Of a stretch of 64,000 bases of DNA, positions 1 to 12,592 are shown in pieces. The DNA is from Octopus vulgaris (Eukaryota): positions 24,242,001-24,306,000 of the forward strand of contig OX597830.1 in NCBI GenBank assembly GCA_951406725.2. The letters are read 5' to 3'. Position numbers and translations under genes: made by a program. The notes under the pieces are model-generated. The model searched no databases. It saw only the letters and a list, made by a program, of their open reading frames with translations, and was not told where the DNA came from. Position 1 is the first letter of the stretch. Every line of letters begins with the position of its first letter.

Positions 1-119
1 ATACTGCTATCCCAACCGCTACTGCGAAGTTCCTGTAATAAATCTACGGATAACAACAGGTAGTCGAAACTGTACCGGTGCTTTACTCATCATCATTTAT
101 ACATTTCGTACAATTTCCA

Positions 120-163
<44 letters not shown>

Positions 164-166
<3 letters not shown>

Positions 167-470
167 CGGGAAGCTTTATGAAAATAAACAAAAGACGAAG
201 GCAGGTGGAATACAAACAAACAATTGTATTAGTATGGCGCTCAGGAATATAAATAAAGCAAGTCTTTGGCGTTTCGAGCCTACGCTCTTCAACAGAAAGA
301 TACACAGAAAAGAAACACAGAAAGAAACAAGGAGAGAAAAAAAATGCGTGCAGAAGCTAGCGAATCAACATGGCGATCTGATTCCGGCCAGAATTCAAAG
401 ATCAAACGTGAGACGCAAGAGCGAAAATAGGGGAGATAACAGGGTCATACACGCACACACAGTCATCTTT
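164..470 (-). mobile_element. Short non-coding hammerhead-bearing element, family B (Penelope/retrozyme-like), next to (TA)n
   Basis: Near-identical to 8852-9058 and similar to 18059-18272. Minus strand 263-300 reads TCTTT-CTGTTGA-A-GAGCgtagGCTC-GAAACGCC-AAAGA (cleavage-site U mutated). Confidence 0.7.
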
Positions 471-499
471 TTTTTATTTTATTATGAACCAGCCCCTAT

Positions 500-625
500 A
501 TTTTATCGACTCCGAAAGAATGAAAGGAAACGGCGACCTCAGCTGAACTTCGAACGTGAAGCCGGAAAAAGTGTCACTGATCGCTTTTGTCCGGCGTGCT
601 AACGATTCTACCAGCTTTCCACCTT
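500..625 (-). mobile_element. SINE family C fragment
   Basis: Reverse complement matches the ctggtagaatcgttagcacgccgg...ctttcattctttcggagtcgataaa motif repeated across the window. Confidence 0.7.
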
Positions 626-1225
626 CATAAAAACGTTTATCAAAAGCAAACATTAATTCATTGCTTCTTTCTCCCTTTTTTCGCAACCAATTTCTATGAT
701 AATGCAAAAACCATGAGCAGCGAAGCCTGTCTTTCTTTCGATGCACAAATGTAAATATGATAAAAACAAAGAAATATTTTATAAAATTAATGATTATTTG
801 CAAATGAAAATCCTCCGTAAGAAATACCTTGGTAATGCTTCAAGGATATTTATATTCGCTGTACGTTGTAGAGGTGTTTTTTAAGTAAATCGACCATGTA
901 AAAATTTGATGAATGCTTGTAAGCTGAAATCGAGGCAAGAACGTCACAACCTCAATTTTCAACCTTCTGAACTCAATAAGGTGATAGATATCTCAGATCA
1001 CAGAGTATCAACCAATTGATTTTATTTATCGCAATTCTGCAGGAGATAAATATTTATTTGTCCTTGTTTTATTTGGTCCTGTCAACCAAAAATAATTTTC
1101 CTGTAAAGTTAATAACATACGGACTGATAGATAGATAGGTAGGTAGGTAGGTAGGTAGGGATACGCCCATTCATACATACTTGCATACATGCCTACATAT
1201 ATATATATGTATATATATATATGTG

Positions 1226-1256
<31 letters not shown>

Positions 1257-1375
1257 TCACACGAACACGTTCCCACACACACACGTTCCCACACACACAC
1301 ACGCACGCACATGTACAAATAGGAGAAAGCCAGAAGAAGAAAGGAGAGGAGGAGGACGGAAACAAAGAATTAGAA

Positions 1376-1560
1376 ATATACGCATGCGCAGACATAGCTG
1401 TGAGGTTAAGAAGTTCACTTGGCAACCATGTGGTTTCGTGTTCATTCCCACTGCAAAGCACCTTAAGCAAGTGACTTCTACAATTGTCCTGAGCTGACCA
1501 ATGACAAATGAGCGGCGAAATTACTAAACAAATCTAAGCGACAGAGACCGCATATTTATG
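1376..1560 (+). mobile_element. SINE family B (CORE-like) 5' part, diverged
   Basis: gctgtgaggttaagaagttcacttggcaaccatgtgg...gcaccttaagcaagtgacttctac resembles the head of the copy at 41826. Confidence 0.65.
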
Positions 1561-1587
1561 TGTGTATGTGTGTATATATGTGTGTGT

Positions 1588-1626
<39 letters not shown>

Positions 1627-1680
1627 TGTGGAGAAAAAGACAAGGTAGAAAATACTAAAATAATTTTATAAAAAACATTT

Positions 1681-1716
1681 CAGTACCGGTTTCAGTAATT
1701 GAGACTTTTTCAGCTG
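1681..1716 (-). ncRNA. Minimal type-I hammerhead-like motif (core variant CUGAAAA)
   Basis: Minus strand: CAG-CTGAAAA-AGTctcaattACT-GAA-ACCGGT-A-CTG. Stem I CAG/CTG, palindromic stem III ACCGGT, GUA site, G8 changed to A. Confidence 0.55.
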
Positions 1717-2347
1717 TAAGTATGGAAAACAATTAAATTTTGGTAAAATATAAAGAAAAGTTTTTAAAAAGAATATTTGCATAGAGTTCAAATACAAGGG
1801 CCATTTTCCTTGTTTCTGCCTGTCTCTATCTCCCTTGTTTACTCTTGTATGTATGTATGTATGTATGTATGTATGTATGTATGTATGTATGTGTGTATGT
1901 ATGTATGAAAAAAAAACAGAATTCTTTCAAAACAATGACTCAATCGAGAATAACATCCTGAATTATAATTAAATTTCAATGGGTTGACCACATCGATACA
2001 ATAAAATTGAAAATCAACATCTCTCTTTCTCTTCTCTCTCCCTCCCTCCCTCCCTCTTTCTCTCTCTGTCTCACTTTCTTGGCTTTTCTTTCTCTTTCTC
2101 GGTTATCCTGCTCCCTATCTCTTTCTCCCTTCCACCAAAGAACAAAATGTTCTTCTCTTCGAGTTATAAAACCTTGAGGAAATTTTCTCTTTTATTATCT
2201 TAGTCTTATCTTTTCGTGAAGATTTTGATTAAATTATTAAAAACGGTAATAAAAACAAATTATCCAAAATTCTGGCTGCCTTCTTTTTCTTAATATACAA
2301 CATTTGTACACTACTTCAAACACTCTATACATACATGCATACATACA

Positions 2348-2450
<103 letters not shown>

Positions 2451-2511
2451 TTATCTATATATGTATGTATATATATATATACATATACATATATATATAT
2501 ATACATATATC

Positions 2512-2553
<42 letters not shown>

Positions 2554-2615
2554 TAAAAGGCTTCCTTTTTTCTACTTGTACATGTGCGTGTGTGTGTGAA
2601 CGTGTGCGTGTGAAG

Positions 2616-2647
<32 letters not shown>

Positions 2648-2762
2648 GTAGGCATGTATGCAAGTATGTATGAATGGGCGTATCCCTACCTACCTATCTA
2701 TCAATCCGTATGTTATTAACTTTACAGGAAAAAAAAAATATATATATATATATATAATAAAA

Positions 2763-2969
2763 GGCTTCCAAATAAGGAAGCGTTGTGCTAGAAAACCAAA
2801 AAGGGATAAAATAAATTCATGAAAGGAATGAAAATTTTAAAAATTACCATCTCAGCTATATCCCAGACCGACGGATATAGCTGAGATGGTAAATGTTTTT
2901 AATTTGCATTCCTTTCATGTATTTATCCCTTTTTGGTTTTCTAGCACAACGCTTCCTTATTTGGAAGCC
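2763..2969. repeat. Foldback / long inverted repeat (about 100-bp arms, 9-nt loop)
   Basis: ggcttccaaataaggaagcgttgtgctagaaaacc...cagctatatcc (2763-2863) is the reverse complement of ggatatagctgagatgg...cttccttatttggaagcc (2873-2969), with small indels. Confidence 0.9.
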
Positions 2970-3078
2970 ATTTATTGTATTTCTATATGAATAATATGTA
3001 GTCTAATGACTAATTCGTCTTTTGTGCTAAGTTACTGGTAATAATAATTTATTTTTTATTACCCTATTTTATTATATT

Positions 3079-3139
<61 letters not shown>

Positions 3140-3149
3140 AATATATACA

Positions 3150-3362
3150 CATCCCCCCGAAAAACGAAGAACAAACAGAAGAAAACAACAAGAACACGAG
3201 GACGTGGTACATGTAAAGAATTACCACACGCTCAGGGAAGGAAAGAAAGGTGGTTTTACGTTTCGAGCAAAGCTCTTCCTCAGAAACAGAAATCGGAAGA
3301 AAGTCCAAGAGGGAAGGAAGATGGAGGAAAAAGTCGCCAACGATCCACATGTGGTTACATAT
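3150..3362 (-). mobile_element. Short hammerhead-bearing element, family A, flanked by (TA)n
   Basis: Similar to 8605-8806 and 18288-18500. Minus strand 3253-3287 reads GTTT-CTGAGGA-A-GAGCtttGCTC-GAA-ACGT-A-AAAC. Confidence 0.75.
3253..3287 (-). ncRNA. Minimal type-I hammerhead ribozyme motif (intact core)
   Basis: Stem I GTTT/AAAC, CUGAGGA, stem II GAGC/GCTC, GAAA, palindromic stem III ACGT, GUA cleavage triplet. Confidence 0.75.
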
Positions 3363-3629
3363 GTATATATATACCAACTTACTGTGTCGTTTTCCATTAT
3401 GTCTTGTCCTTATTCTGTCGTCAGCATTCATTCATTTTTACATCACCGTTCTCTATGTCGTTGCACTTTCCGCTACACCATTTTGCTGGTGACGCCACCA
3501 AATTGAACAATCTTATCCACAACGGCGAGAAACTGTAATGATTTTAGGCCAATTACGAACGAAGGATGAGCATGTCCACGTCTTTTGGGTGTGTATCTTT
3601 TCGTGTGCTCCTTTGCCATTCTTCTGAGT

Positions 3630-3868
3630 AATTGTTTTAGCGTCCAAATAACGCCACCCCGCTGGCTAAGCGAGCAGGCCAACAGAAGAAAGAGTGAGAG
3701 AAAATTGTAGTGAAAGAGTACAGCAGGGATCACACCGCTGCCGGAGCCTCGTGGAGCTTCAGGTGTTTTCACTCAATAAACACTCACAACGCCCGGTCTG
3801 GGAATCGAAACCGCGATCCTACAACCGCGTGTCCGCTGCCCTAACCACTGGGCCATTGCGCCCCCACA
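3630..3868 (-). mobile_element. tRNA-derived SINE family A
   Basis: Minus-strand head gcgcaatggcccagtggttagggcagcgga...ggtttcgattcccagaccggg with A/B-box-like motifs. Multiple copies in the window. Confidence 0.85.
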
Positions 3869-5500
3869 CTCTATATATATATCAAAAGAGAGATAGATAG
3901 ATAGATAGATACATACATACATACATACTTACATACATGCATATATACATACACACATAATATGATATATACATTATATATATCTTATAACAATTCAGCC
4001 TGTCATTGCGTGTCGGTAACTCTTTCGCGTGATTAGGGAGAAAGAGAAGAGGAGAAAGAAAAGAGGAAGAGGGAAAAAGAAGGTGGGAAAAAAAGAGGGA
4101 GAGAGAAGCGCGCATGACGTGAGTCAGAGAGAATGGAATTGTAACGCTTTCACGTGATTAGTTGAAGAGAGAGAGAGGGAGAGGAGATAAAGAAAAAGAG
4201 AGAGGGGAGGGAGAAAGAGGGGAGAGAGATAAAGGGAAAGAGCGATAATCGTGGTGGTGGTAGTGAATGGATAGCGGAAAGTGTATTTTTAATTGAACTA
4301 AATTTTTTCTATATCACCTATCACTTAATGCATGCGCACAAGTGCAATTCCGAGAATTCTATTTTTGTTTATCGGAAAAACGGGAAAATATGGGTGATTA
4401 TTTATTTTATGAGTGTATCTCTTCTTATTTATTTTATGAATGTATCTCTTCTTATCTTATGATAAAAGGCAGATTTTCTCTACCTGTTCCCATGTTCCTT
4501 TTTAATACAATTCTACAATATAGAATTTCTTCAATTGGAATTTACCTGTGATTTTTCGAAGTAGATTTGATTGGGTCATGGCATGTAAATTTTTTTTCAA
4601 TTTAACCCCCAATTAAGCAAAAATTCGAGAAAACTCAATATTTTACGATTTCCCTCTCTCATTTCAAGTGGTTTACTCCTGCTATTACCACCACACTTTC
4701 TCCTACTTTCTCTTTGCAAGTGTGAAACTATTAAAGTGAAAGTATTATATAACAGGGATGAGCCATTAATAGTGGTCATTCTTTTTGCTAGAGGAAGATC
4801 CGCTATGGTCTTATATGCTACACCACTGATTTTCAATTCATATTAATCAAATTAATATTCAATTTTTCACCCTTATTATGTGTGTGTGTATGTGTGTGTG
4901 TGTGTGTGTATTAGCAATTCGTATAAAATTGCATCAATGACTTGAACTTGAATAAGTGGTTTCACATAAATGGGGATAAATTAAAAAGGTTTGTTGTTAT
5001 TATTATTACTATTTGACTATTGTAATCACGTTTGTTGGTTCCTCGTCACGGAAACGTTGTTGTGTTGCACTTGTTAAATAATTGTAAACTGTAACCCTCC
5101 CCCTTTCGGAGAAGGGGCTTTGGTTATTGTCTAAAAATTGAATTGTATCCCTGTTTGGGGAAATTGACAATATTTTCACCGTCTTTACGGAAGCATTTTT
5201 GTTAAATGCCTTCGATAGAAGAAAGTCAAAAGATGAATTTCGCTGCAGCCGTACACTTCTATACAAGAGGGAGGACAAGATCCAATTGATCGAAATTGCA
5301 AGAGACGGGCCTACAATTCCAGTCTGTTATATATTTTGAGTATTGTTATCACTAGCGATATCAAGATATAACTTTGTATTTTGTATTTTATGTGTAGATG
5401 TATATATAGATGTACATGTAATATGTACACATATATATACACATATATACATGCATAATATATCTACCCATACACACATACGCACACACACACATACATA

Positions 5501-5640
5501 GGGGCAGGTGTGGCTGTGTGGTAACAAACTACGTTCCAAACACATGGTCCTGGGTTCAGTCCCACTGTGTGGTGACTTGGCATGTTTCTTCTGCTGTAGC
5601 TTCAGACCAACAAAAGCCTTCTCAGTGGATTTTGTACATA
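5501..5640 (+). mobile_element. SINE family B head fragment
   Basis: ggggcaggtgtggctgtgtggtaac...gggttcagtcccactgtgtgg. Confidence 0.7.
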
Positions 5641-5779
5641 TATACAGGCATACATATATATATATACATGCATACGTACATATTCGGCATAAACACTCTA
5701 TCACTACAACTAATAACTGTTGGGAACACTGTCAAACCTGCCTTACATTCGAACCGGAATCTCAAAAACATTGTCCCCT

Positions 5780-7368
5780 TCAGCGCCAAGCTCAACTGCT
5801 CTATCCTGACATGGAGGGTATCAGCAATGAAATCTATAACAAAACACTCATTGACGTTGAAGACAGAATTGCTAAACTGGGTGGAAATTAATTGTCGTCG
5901 TATGGCCTGCCACAAGCATTCAGGTCAGGGTCAAATAGCCTTCCCACTGTTGTCATTCGTGAAACAACCTACGACACTCAAGCGCTTTCAAAGTACATTG
6001 TTGAAAATGAGCCTAAATTACTTCCGGACCAGCTGCAGGCCTACAGAACTATTCTTAACAGTGTACGCCAACGCGAGGGACGAATCTTCTTCCTCGATGC
6101 TCCTGGAGGGACAGGAAAAACATTTATTACAAAGCTTCTCCTTGCAGAAGTTAGGTAGCATCAGGACATTGCAGTAGCTGTAGCCTCCTCTGGCATTGCA
6201 GCTACTTTGTTACCCGGTGGCAGGACAGCACACTCAACTTTTAAACTCCCTCTCAATTTAGCAGCATCCGAAATGCCTCCATGCAACATCAACAAAAGCT
6301 CAGATCAGGGACAAGTACTTAAAATGTGTTATGTAATTGTCTGGGATGAGTGCACTATGGCTCACAAGGGAGCTTTGGAAGCATTAGACAGAGCCCTGAA
6401 AGACATCCGAGACTGTCAGGCTCCAATGGGAGGTGTAACGCTTCTGTTGTCAGGTGATTTCAGGCAAACTCTTCCTGTCATTCCGAATGGCACTAGAGCT
6501 GATGAAGTTCAAGCATGCCTAAAGTCCTTTACCCTGTGGCATCATGTTACAATCTTTAGTCTCACCACTAACATGACAGCTCAGATACACGGCGACAAAA
6601 TGTCCAGAAAGTTTGCACATGACATTTTGACACTTGGTGAAGGCAAGATGCCTCTCGATGCTGCAGGACAAATGGAAGTGTGGTCATTTTCCTCTGTTGT
6701 TAATTCTGTAGATGACCTCAAAAACAAAGTCTTTCCCAACTTCACACAAAACTACCAAAATCACAATTGGCTGTGTGAAAGAGCAATATTAGCTCCAAAA
6801 AACGTCGCTGTTAACAAAATTAATCAACAGCTAATGCATTCTCTTCCCGGCACTATACACACAAGTCTGTTGATACAATTCCAGATATAAATGAAGTTGT
6901 GAACTATCCACCTGAATTTCTCAATTCACTGGAGCCTCCTCGACTACCTCCACACATATTAGCACTTAAATTTGGAACTCCTGTAATGCTACTCCGCAAT
7001 CTGGAACCACCAAGACTTTGCGACTGGTGATAAAGAAAATGATATCACACGTTATCGAGGCGATCATTCTTTCTGGATGTGGAAAAGGTGATGACGTCTT
7101 TATTCCAAGATTTCCTCTTACTCCATCAGGTGCAGAAATTCCATTTACATTCAGAAGACTGCAATTCCCCCTTCGTGTCAGCTTTGCCATGTCCATTAAC
7201 AAATCTCAGGGTCAAACCCTCTCTGTAGCTGGTCTTCTTTTGGAAGAGCCCTGCTTCTCGCATAGGCAACTGTATGTTGGCTGCTCAAGAGTAAGAACCA
7301 AAAGAAACCTTTTTGTATATGCTCCACAAGGAAAAACATGGAACATTGTTTACAACGAGGTGTTATAA
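5780..7368 (+). pseudogene. Helitron RepHel helicase (PIF1-family SF1) C-terminal part, disrupted by stops/frameshifts; Rep domain absent
   Basis: Motifs FFLDAPGGTGKTF (Walker A), IVWDECTM (Walker B), GDFRQTLPV, ERAILAPKN, RLQFPLRVSFAMSINKSQGQTL and FSHRQLYVGCSRV, spread over ORFs 5892-6158, 6207-6890 and 7018-7368. Confidence 0.93.
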
Positions 7369-7546
7369 TCTTAACAGCCAGGAGGTATATACATGATCCC
7401 CTTTTTTTAACAAACTTCATGTACTTTCATGTATTTATATTAATATACATATATTTGTGTGTGTGTGTGTGTGTATCCATATATATAACAGAAAAGTCTA
7501 ATTCTTCTATTGAATGTAACCGGGCAACGCCGGGTATCTCTGCTAG
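5780..7546 (+). mobile_element. Helitron 3' portion with canonical 3' end
   Basis: Helicase remnant followed by GC-rich hairpin-like ccgggcaacgccggg and terminal ctgCTAG|t at about 7546. The same terminus recurs at 45760-45820. Confidence 0.88.
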
Positions 7547-7549
7547 TTA

Positions 7550-7758
7550 GGTCTATAAATGTGTACCAAAATTATATAAAGTGAATTAAATAATGATCGT
7601 ATTCAAATTTCTTTCACTTTTCAATGAGTAGCAGATGAGCGACTATCTTTTCACACAGACACAATACAGGCTACACTTTCAGGTTTTTGGATAAAGTTTT
7701 CAGAAATAACCCAATAGGTTTACCATTAATTCCGTGAAGTATTCACGGGTCCCGCTAG
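7550..7758 (+). mobile_element. Second Helitron 3' terminus (different family)
   Basis: Hairpin ccgtgaa-gta-ttcacgg followed by gtcccgCTAG|t. Confidence 0.7.
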
Positions 7759-7795
7759 TAGTTATCAATATATAACTATAGATGTATATGTGTAG

Positions 7796-7888
<93 letters not shown>

Positions 7889-7891
<3 letters not shown>

Positions 7892-8340
7892 TTTTATTTG
7901 TTTCAGTCATATGACTGAGGCCATGCTGAAGTACCGCCCTTAGTCGAGCAAATCGACTCCAGGACTTACTCTTTGCAAGCCTTGTAATTATTCTATCGGT
8001 CTCTTTTGCCAAACCGCTAACTTACGGGGACGTAAACATACCAACACCGGTTGTCAAGCGCTGTTGGGGGACAAACGCAGACACACAAAAACATATACAC
8101 ACACACACACACACACATATAGTTGTGTGCGTGTGTGCGTGTGTGGTGGGGGATAAACACAGACACAAACGCACACAAATATATACAAATATTCTTTCAG
8201 TTCCCGTCTACTAAATGCACTCACATGGCATTGGTCGGCCCGTTGCTACAGTAGAAGACACTTGGCCAGAGTAATACCCAACGGAACTGAACCCGGAATC
8301 ATGTAGTTAGGAAGGAAGCTTCTTACCACGCGTGCACCTT
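7889..8340 (-). mobile_element. SINE family B, near full length, with internal (CA)n
   Basis: ttgtttcagtca...gccatgctgaagtaccgcc...aaccgctaacttacggggacgtaaac...gtagaagacacttgg...ggaactgaacccggaatcatg. Confidence 0.85.
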
Positions 8341-8341
8341 G

Positions 8342-8590
8342 TATGTGACAATTATTCGGTAGCCAAGTTAAAACTCCGAGTTTCGGATACCGAGGTGGAA
8401 ATCCACGCCACCATCTCTTCATTTATGACCGAATAACTGAAGAGATGGTGGCGTGGATTTCCACCTCGGTATCCGAACCTCGGAGTTTTATCTTGGCTAC
8501 CGAATAATTGTCACATATTACATTTACAGATAAATTCCTCTATTTACATAATATCTTTCTTTCTTTTGTTATCTTACCGTTTTTATCAAA
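8342..8590 (+). mobile_element. Hammerhead-bearing element with an inverted 5' partial copy (80-bp-arm foldback), Penelope pLTR-like
   Basis: 8342-8421 is the reverse complement of 8438-8517 (2 mismatches, 16-nt loop). 8433-8491 reads ATAA-CTGAAGA-GAT..ATCC-GAAC-CTCGGAGT-T-TTAT, and the inverted arm keeps GAAA. Confidence 0.7.
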
Positions 8591-8604
8591 TATATATATA
8601 TATA

Positions 8605-8803
8605 TAACCATATGTGAATCGTTGGCGATTTTCTTCCTCCGTCTTCCTTTCTATTGGACTTTACTCTAATTCTGAAGAAGAGCGTTGCTCGAAACGGTAA
8701 ACCAACCTTCTTTCATTCACTGAGTGTCTGCTAATACCTTACATGTACTACATCCTAGCGTTGTTGTGTTTTTTCTGTTTGCTGTTGTTCTTTTTTGTGG
8801 ATT

Positions 8804-8806
<3 letters not shown>
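8605..8806 (+). mobile_element. Short hammerhead-bearing element, family A
   Basis: 8672-8702 CTGAAGA-A-GAGCgttGCTC-GAAACGGTAAAC. Bounded by (TA)n on both sides. Confidence 0.7.
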
Positions 8807-8851
<45 letters not shown>

Positions 8852-8853
<2 letters not shown>

Positions 8854-9058
8854 CGGGAAGCTTTATGAAAATAAACAAAAGACGAAGGCAGGTGGAATAC
8901 AAACAAACAATTGTATTAGTATGGCGCTCAGGAATATAAATAAAACAAGTCTTTTACGTTTCGAGCCTACGCTCTTCAACAGAAAGATACACAGAAAAGA
9001 AACACGGAGAGAAACAAGGAGAGAAAAAAAATGCGTGCAGAAGCTAGCGAATCAACAT
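8852..9058 (-). mobile_element. Short hammerhead-bearing element, family B
   Basis: Minus strand 8950-8987 TCTTT-CTGTTGA-A-GAGCgtagGCTC-GAA-ACGT-A-AAAGA. (TA)n on both sides. Confidence 0.75.
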
Positions 9059-9059
9059 G

Positions 9060-9141
<82 letters not shown>

Positions 9142-9953
9142 TCCCCTATAATTTCACATATTTTGTCCCCGAAGCTCCTTGTCTTCCACCAAAATCCCCA
9201 CCAGCACCACCACCACCATTACCACCGCTACTACAACTAATACTACCACTGCTGCTGCTTCAACTACTACTACTACTAATGATGCTATTGTCGTTTCTGT
9301 CCCTAGTATTATGATTACTAAAAGTACTGCGATTACCTGCGACCGTGGTGATGATGGTGGTGATGCTGGTGGTGGTGGCGGCTGGGGCAGCAACAACAAC
9401 AACAACAACAAAAACAAAACCAACAACAGTGGCAGCTGCAGCACCACAGGAATAAGCAAGCAAGCAAGCATGAATAACAGTAGCAACACGTTAGCAACAA
9501 GAAAAAGTACAACAGCAACAACAACAAAAATGTGCAAACAGCAGCAATACCAGCAAAACAAAAAGAACATCACCAGCAACAGCAACAGCATCAACAACAA
9601 CAACAACTACGACTACAGCAACAACAACAACAACAACAGCAGCAGCAAACAGGTAGACAAAAGTTACAAGGAGCAGAGCGTGAAACAATTGCGTGCAAGC
9701 TTGGAGCCGTCTTTGACTCGAGAAAGTTTCATTTCAAACTATCAATGTAGATAACAAGCCATGCTGCTAGTATTATCAGCTTAAACAACGTCTAGCATCA
9801 CCTCCATTTCTATAACACATTCATACAAACTGTTGCAGCTATTCACTACAAAGTCTATGGCACGAACGGAAAGATCTATTTCAAAGTGTATCACATGCGC
9901 ATGTGTGACTGTGTGTGTGTATGTCCGCGTGTGTGTGTATGAGTTTGAGCATA

Positions 9954-9998
<45 letters not shown>

Positions 9999-10063
9999 AT
10001 ATATATATCTATGTGTGTTTGTATGTGTGTGTGTATACATACATACGTATATATATATATACA

Positions 10064-10108
<45 letters not shown>

Positions 10109-10261
10109 CTATCTATCTCCATATGAGTATGTAAAGATCTACATATTCATATTTACATAAACACAAATAGCAAGAAAGATAAAGACATAGATACATACGT
10201 AAATGTATGTATATATATATATATATATATATAAACATATATATATACACATATAAATATA

Positions 10262-10301
<40 letters not shown>

Positions 10302-10632
10302 TTTATATGAATAAACGTATATATATGTATATACATTTATATGAATAAACGTATATATATATATATATATATATATACATTTATATGCATAAACGTACGT
10401 ATGTATGCATTATGTATATATGAAAGGATTGAAAACGTAAATATTACATGAAGCTTAGAAAAGGTGTGACGGGCTAGAAAATAATCTATATCAACTCTTT
10501 CGAGGAATTTGGCAGAGTTCTTTGTTACTCGATTTCATTTTATTTCACTTTTGTACTTTTGGACTTCGCCGTTACTTCCGTTCTGCTGTTCCCTTTCTGT
10601 CTCCCTCCGCTACATATATACATTAACTATGT

Positions 10633-10707
<75 letters not shown>

Positions 10708-10845
10708 ATGTATGTATGTATATATATATATATATATCTGTGTGTGTATTTGTATTTACATATATATATATATATATATATACATACATACACACGCATA
10801 TATATGAATATATGCATAAATTTACGTATATATTTGTTCATATGC

Positions 10846-10890
<45 letters not shown>

Positions 10891-11124
10891 GACACACACA
10901 CATACATACACGCACATATGGACGTATTCGGGCCTTCTGGTTTTTTTTTTTTAACTCTGTGGCATCACCTGATCTGATCAAAGATCCAGCAACACAAACG
11001 TTTGTGTGTGAGCTTGTATATATGCATGTATGTAGATATGTATGTATGTAAATAGGTAAATTTGTATGTAGGTATAAGTACATGTGTATGAGTACATATA
11101 TTTATACATATATATATATTTATT

Positions 11125-11171
<47 letters not shown>

Positions 11172-11593
11172 TTATATATATACACACATACACATCGATA
11201 CGTATATATATATATATATATACACTCATATAATATATATATTTATATACATAGATGCATGCATACATACACATGTAGATGTGTGAATGTGTGTGTGTGT
11301 TTAAGTGTGTTGAATATTCCTGAGAAACTATGGAAAGTTTCAAACATTTTCTTGAGGCAGGTAGCATTGCGGCTATCAGCTGTTCTGTACGTATATTTGC
11401 GCGCGTGCATGTTTGCCTGTGTGCGGACGAGCGTGTGTGTGTGTTGGACCTGACTAGTTGTCTCTGGGAATACGTATGCTTGTTTGTATGAGAGTGTGTG
11501 AGTATGTATCTGTGTATGCGTGCGTGTGTGTGTGTGCGTGCGTGCATGCGTGCGCAGACGTCGCGTGCTAAATCTTTGGAAACTATAGCGCCA

Positions 11594-11633
11594 GTCCCCT
11601 GAAGAGTGAGAAAGGGAAACTCCGAGTAGCGAC
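11594..11633 (+). ncRNA. Hammerhead-like remnant
   Basis: GTCCC-CTGAAGA-gtgagaaagg-GAA-ACTCcGAGT-A-GCGAC. Core, stem III and 4/5 of stem I are present, but stem II does not pair. Confidence 0.45.
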
Positions 11634-11741
11634 TCAAGCAGGCAAAGTTAAGAATAAATAATTATACATTAATCTATCTAACGGCACTGAGTACATGATT
11701 TCATTGTATTTCACGCTGTGGTAATAACACAATTCATTTCA

Positions 11742-11778
<37 letters not shown>

Positions 11779-12176
11779 GTGTGTTTGTGCGTGTGTGTGT
11801 GTGTGTGTGTTTATACGTATGTATAAATGTTTATATATGTATACAGGTATGCATATTTCTATGAGTGTATTTATACACACACAGACGTGCGCACACACAC
11901 ACACACAGACGCGCGCACACACACACACAGACGCGCGCATACACACACACAGACGCGCGCGCGCACACACATATATGCATTAGTACATTCATACATACAT
12001 ACATACATACATACATACATACATACATACATACATACATACATACATACATACATACATACATACGTGTATATATACAATGAAGGATCCTTAGATTTAG
12101 GTTAGAAACCGGCTCTTTATTGGCAAGAAATCTTGAAATAAAACTGAATAATGACCATCATGGAATTACTGAGAAA

Positions 12177-12288
12177 TTGGGATATATAACACACCAAGTA
12201 CCGATCTTGAGAAATTAGGCTTTTCAAAACCAGAAAGCAGAAAACTTATTCGAAGACAACAGAACTAAGCCAACACTGGAACTGTAAG
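12177..12288 (+). mobile_element. C-terminal fragment of an RLE-type non-LTR retrotransposon (CRE/NeSL/Hero-like), decayed
   Basis: LGYITH(fs)STDLEKLGFSKPESRKLIRRQQN*ANTGTV resembles the post-endonuclease GALG..LEKLG..L tail. Confidence 0.5.
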
Positions 12289-12289
12289 C

Positions 12290-12592
12290 TTTACTCTTTT
12301 ACTCTTTTACTTGTTTCAATCATTTGACTGCGGCCATGCTGGAGCACCGCCTTTAGTGCAGCAAATCGACCACAGGACTTATTTATTGTAAGCCTAGTAC
12401 TTATTCTATCGCTATCTTTTCCCGAACCGCTAATTTACGGGGACGTAAACACACCAGCATTGGTTGTCAAGCGATGTTGGCGGACACACACACACACACA
12501 CAAACATATACACACACATACAAACGTATACATACACATACATATACATATATATATATATATATACGACGGGCTTCTTTCAGTTTCCGTCT
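12290..12592 (-). mobile_element. SINE family B, 3' half
   Basis: cttttacttgtttcaatcatttgactgcggccatgctggagcaccgcc...gacgggcttctttcagtttccgtct. Confidence 0.85.

Noticed and set aside
5892-7368. Host PIF1 helicase gene
   Set aside because: Intronless, broken by stops and frameshifts, and followed by a Helitron 3' terminus.
9154-9754. Poly-Q/N/T ORFs resembling a low-complexity protein exon
   Set aside because: They are trinucleotide microsatellites open in several frames on both strands, with no domain or splice evidence.
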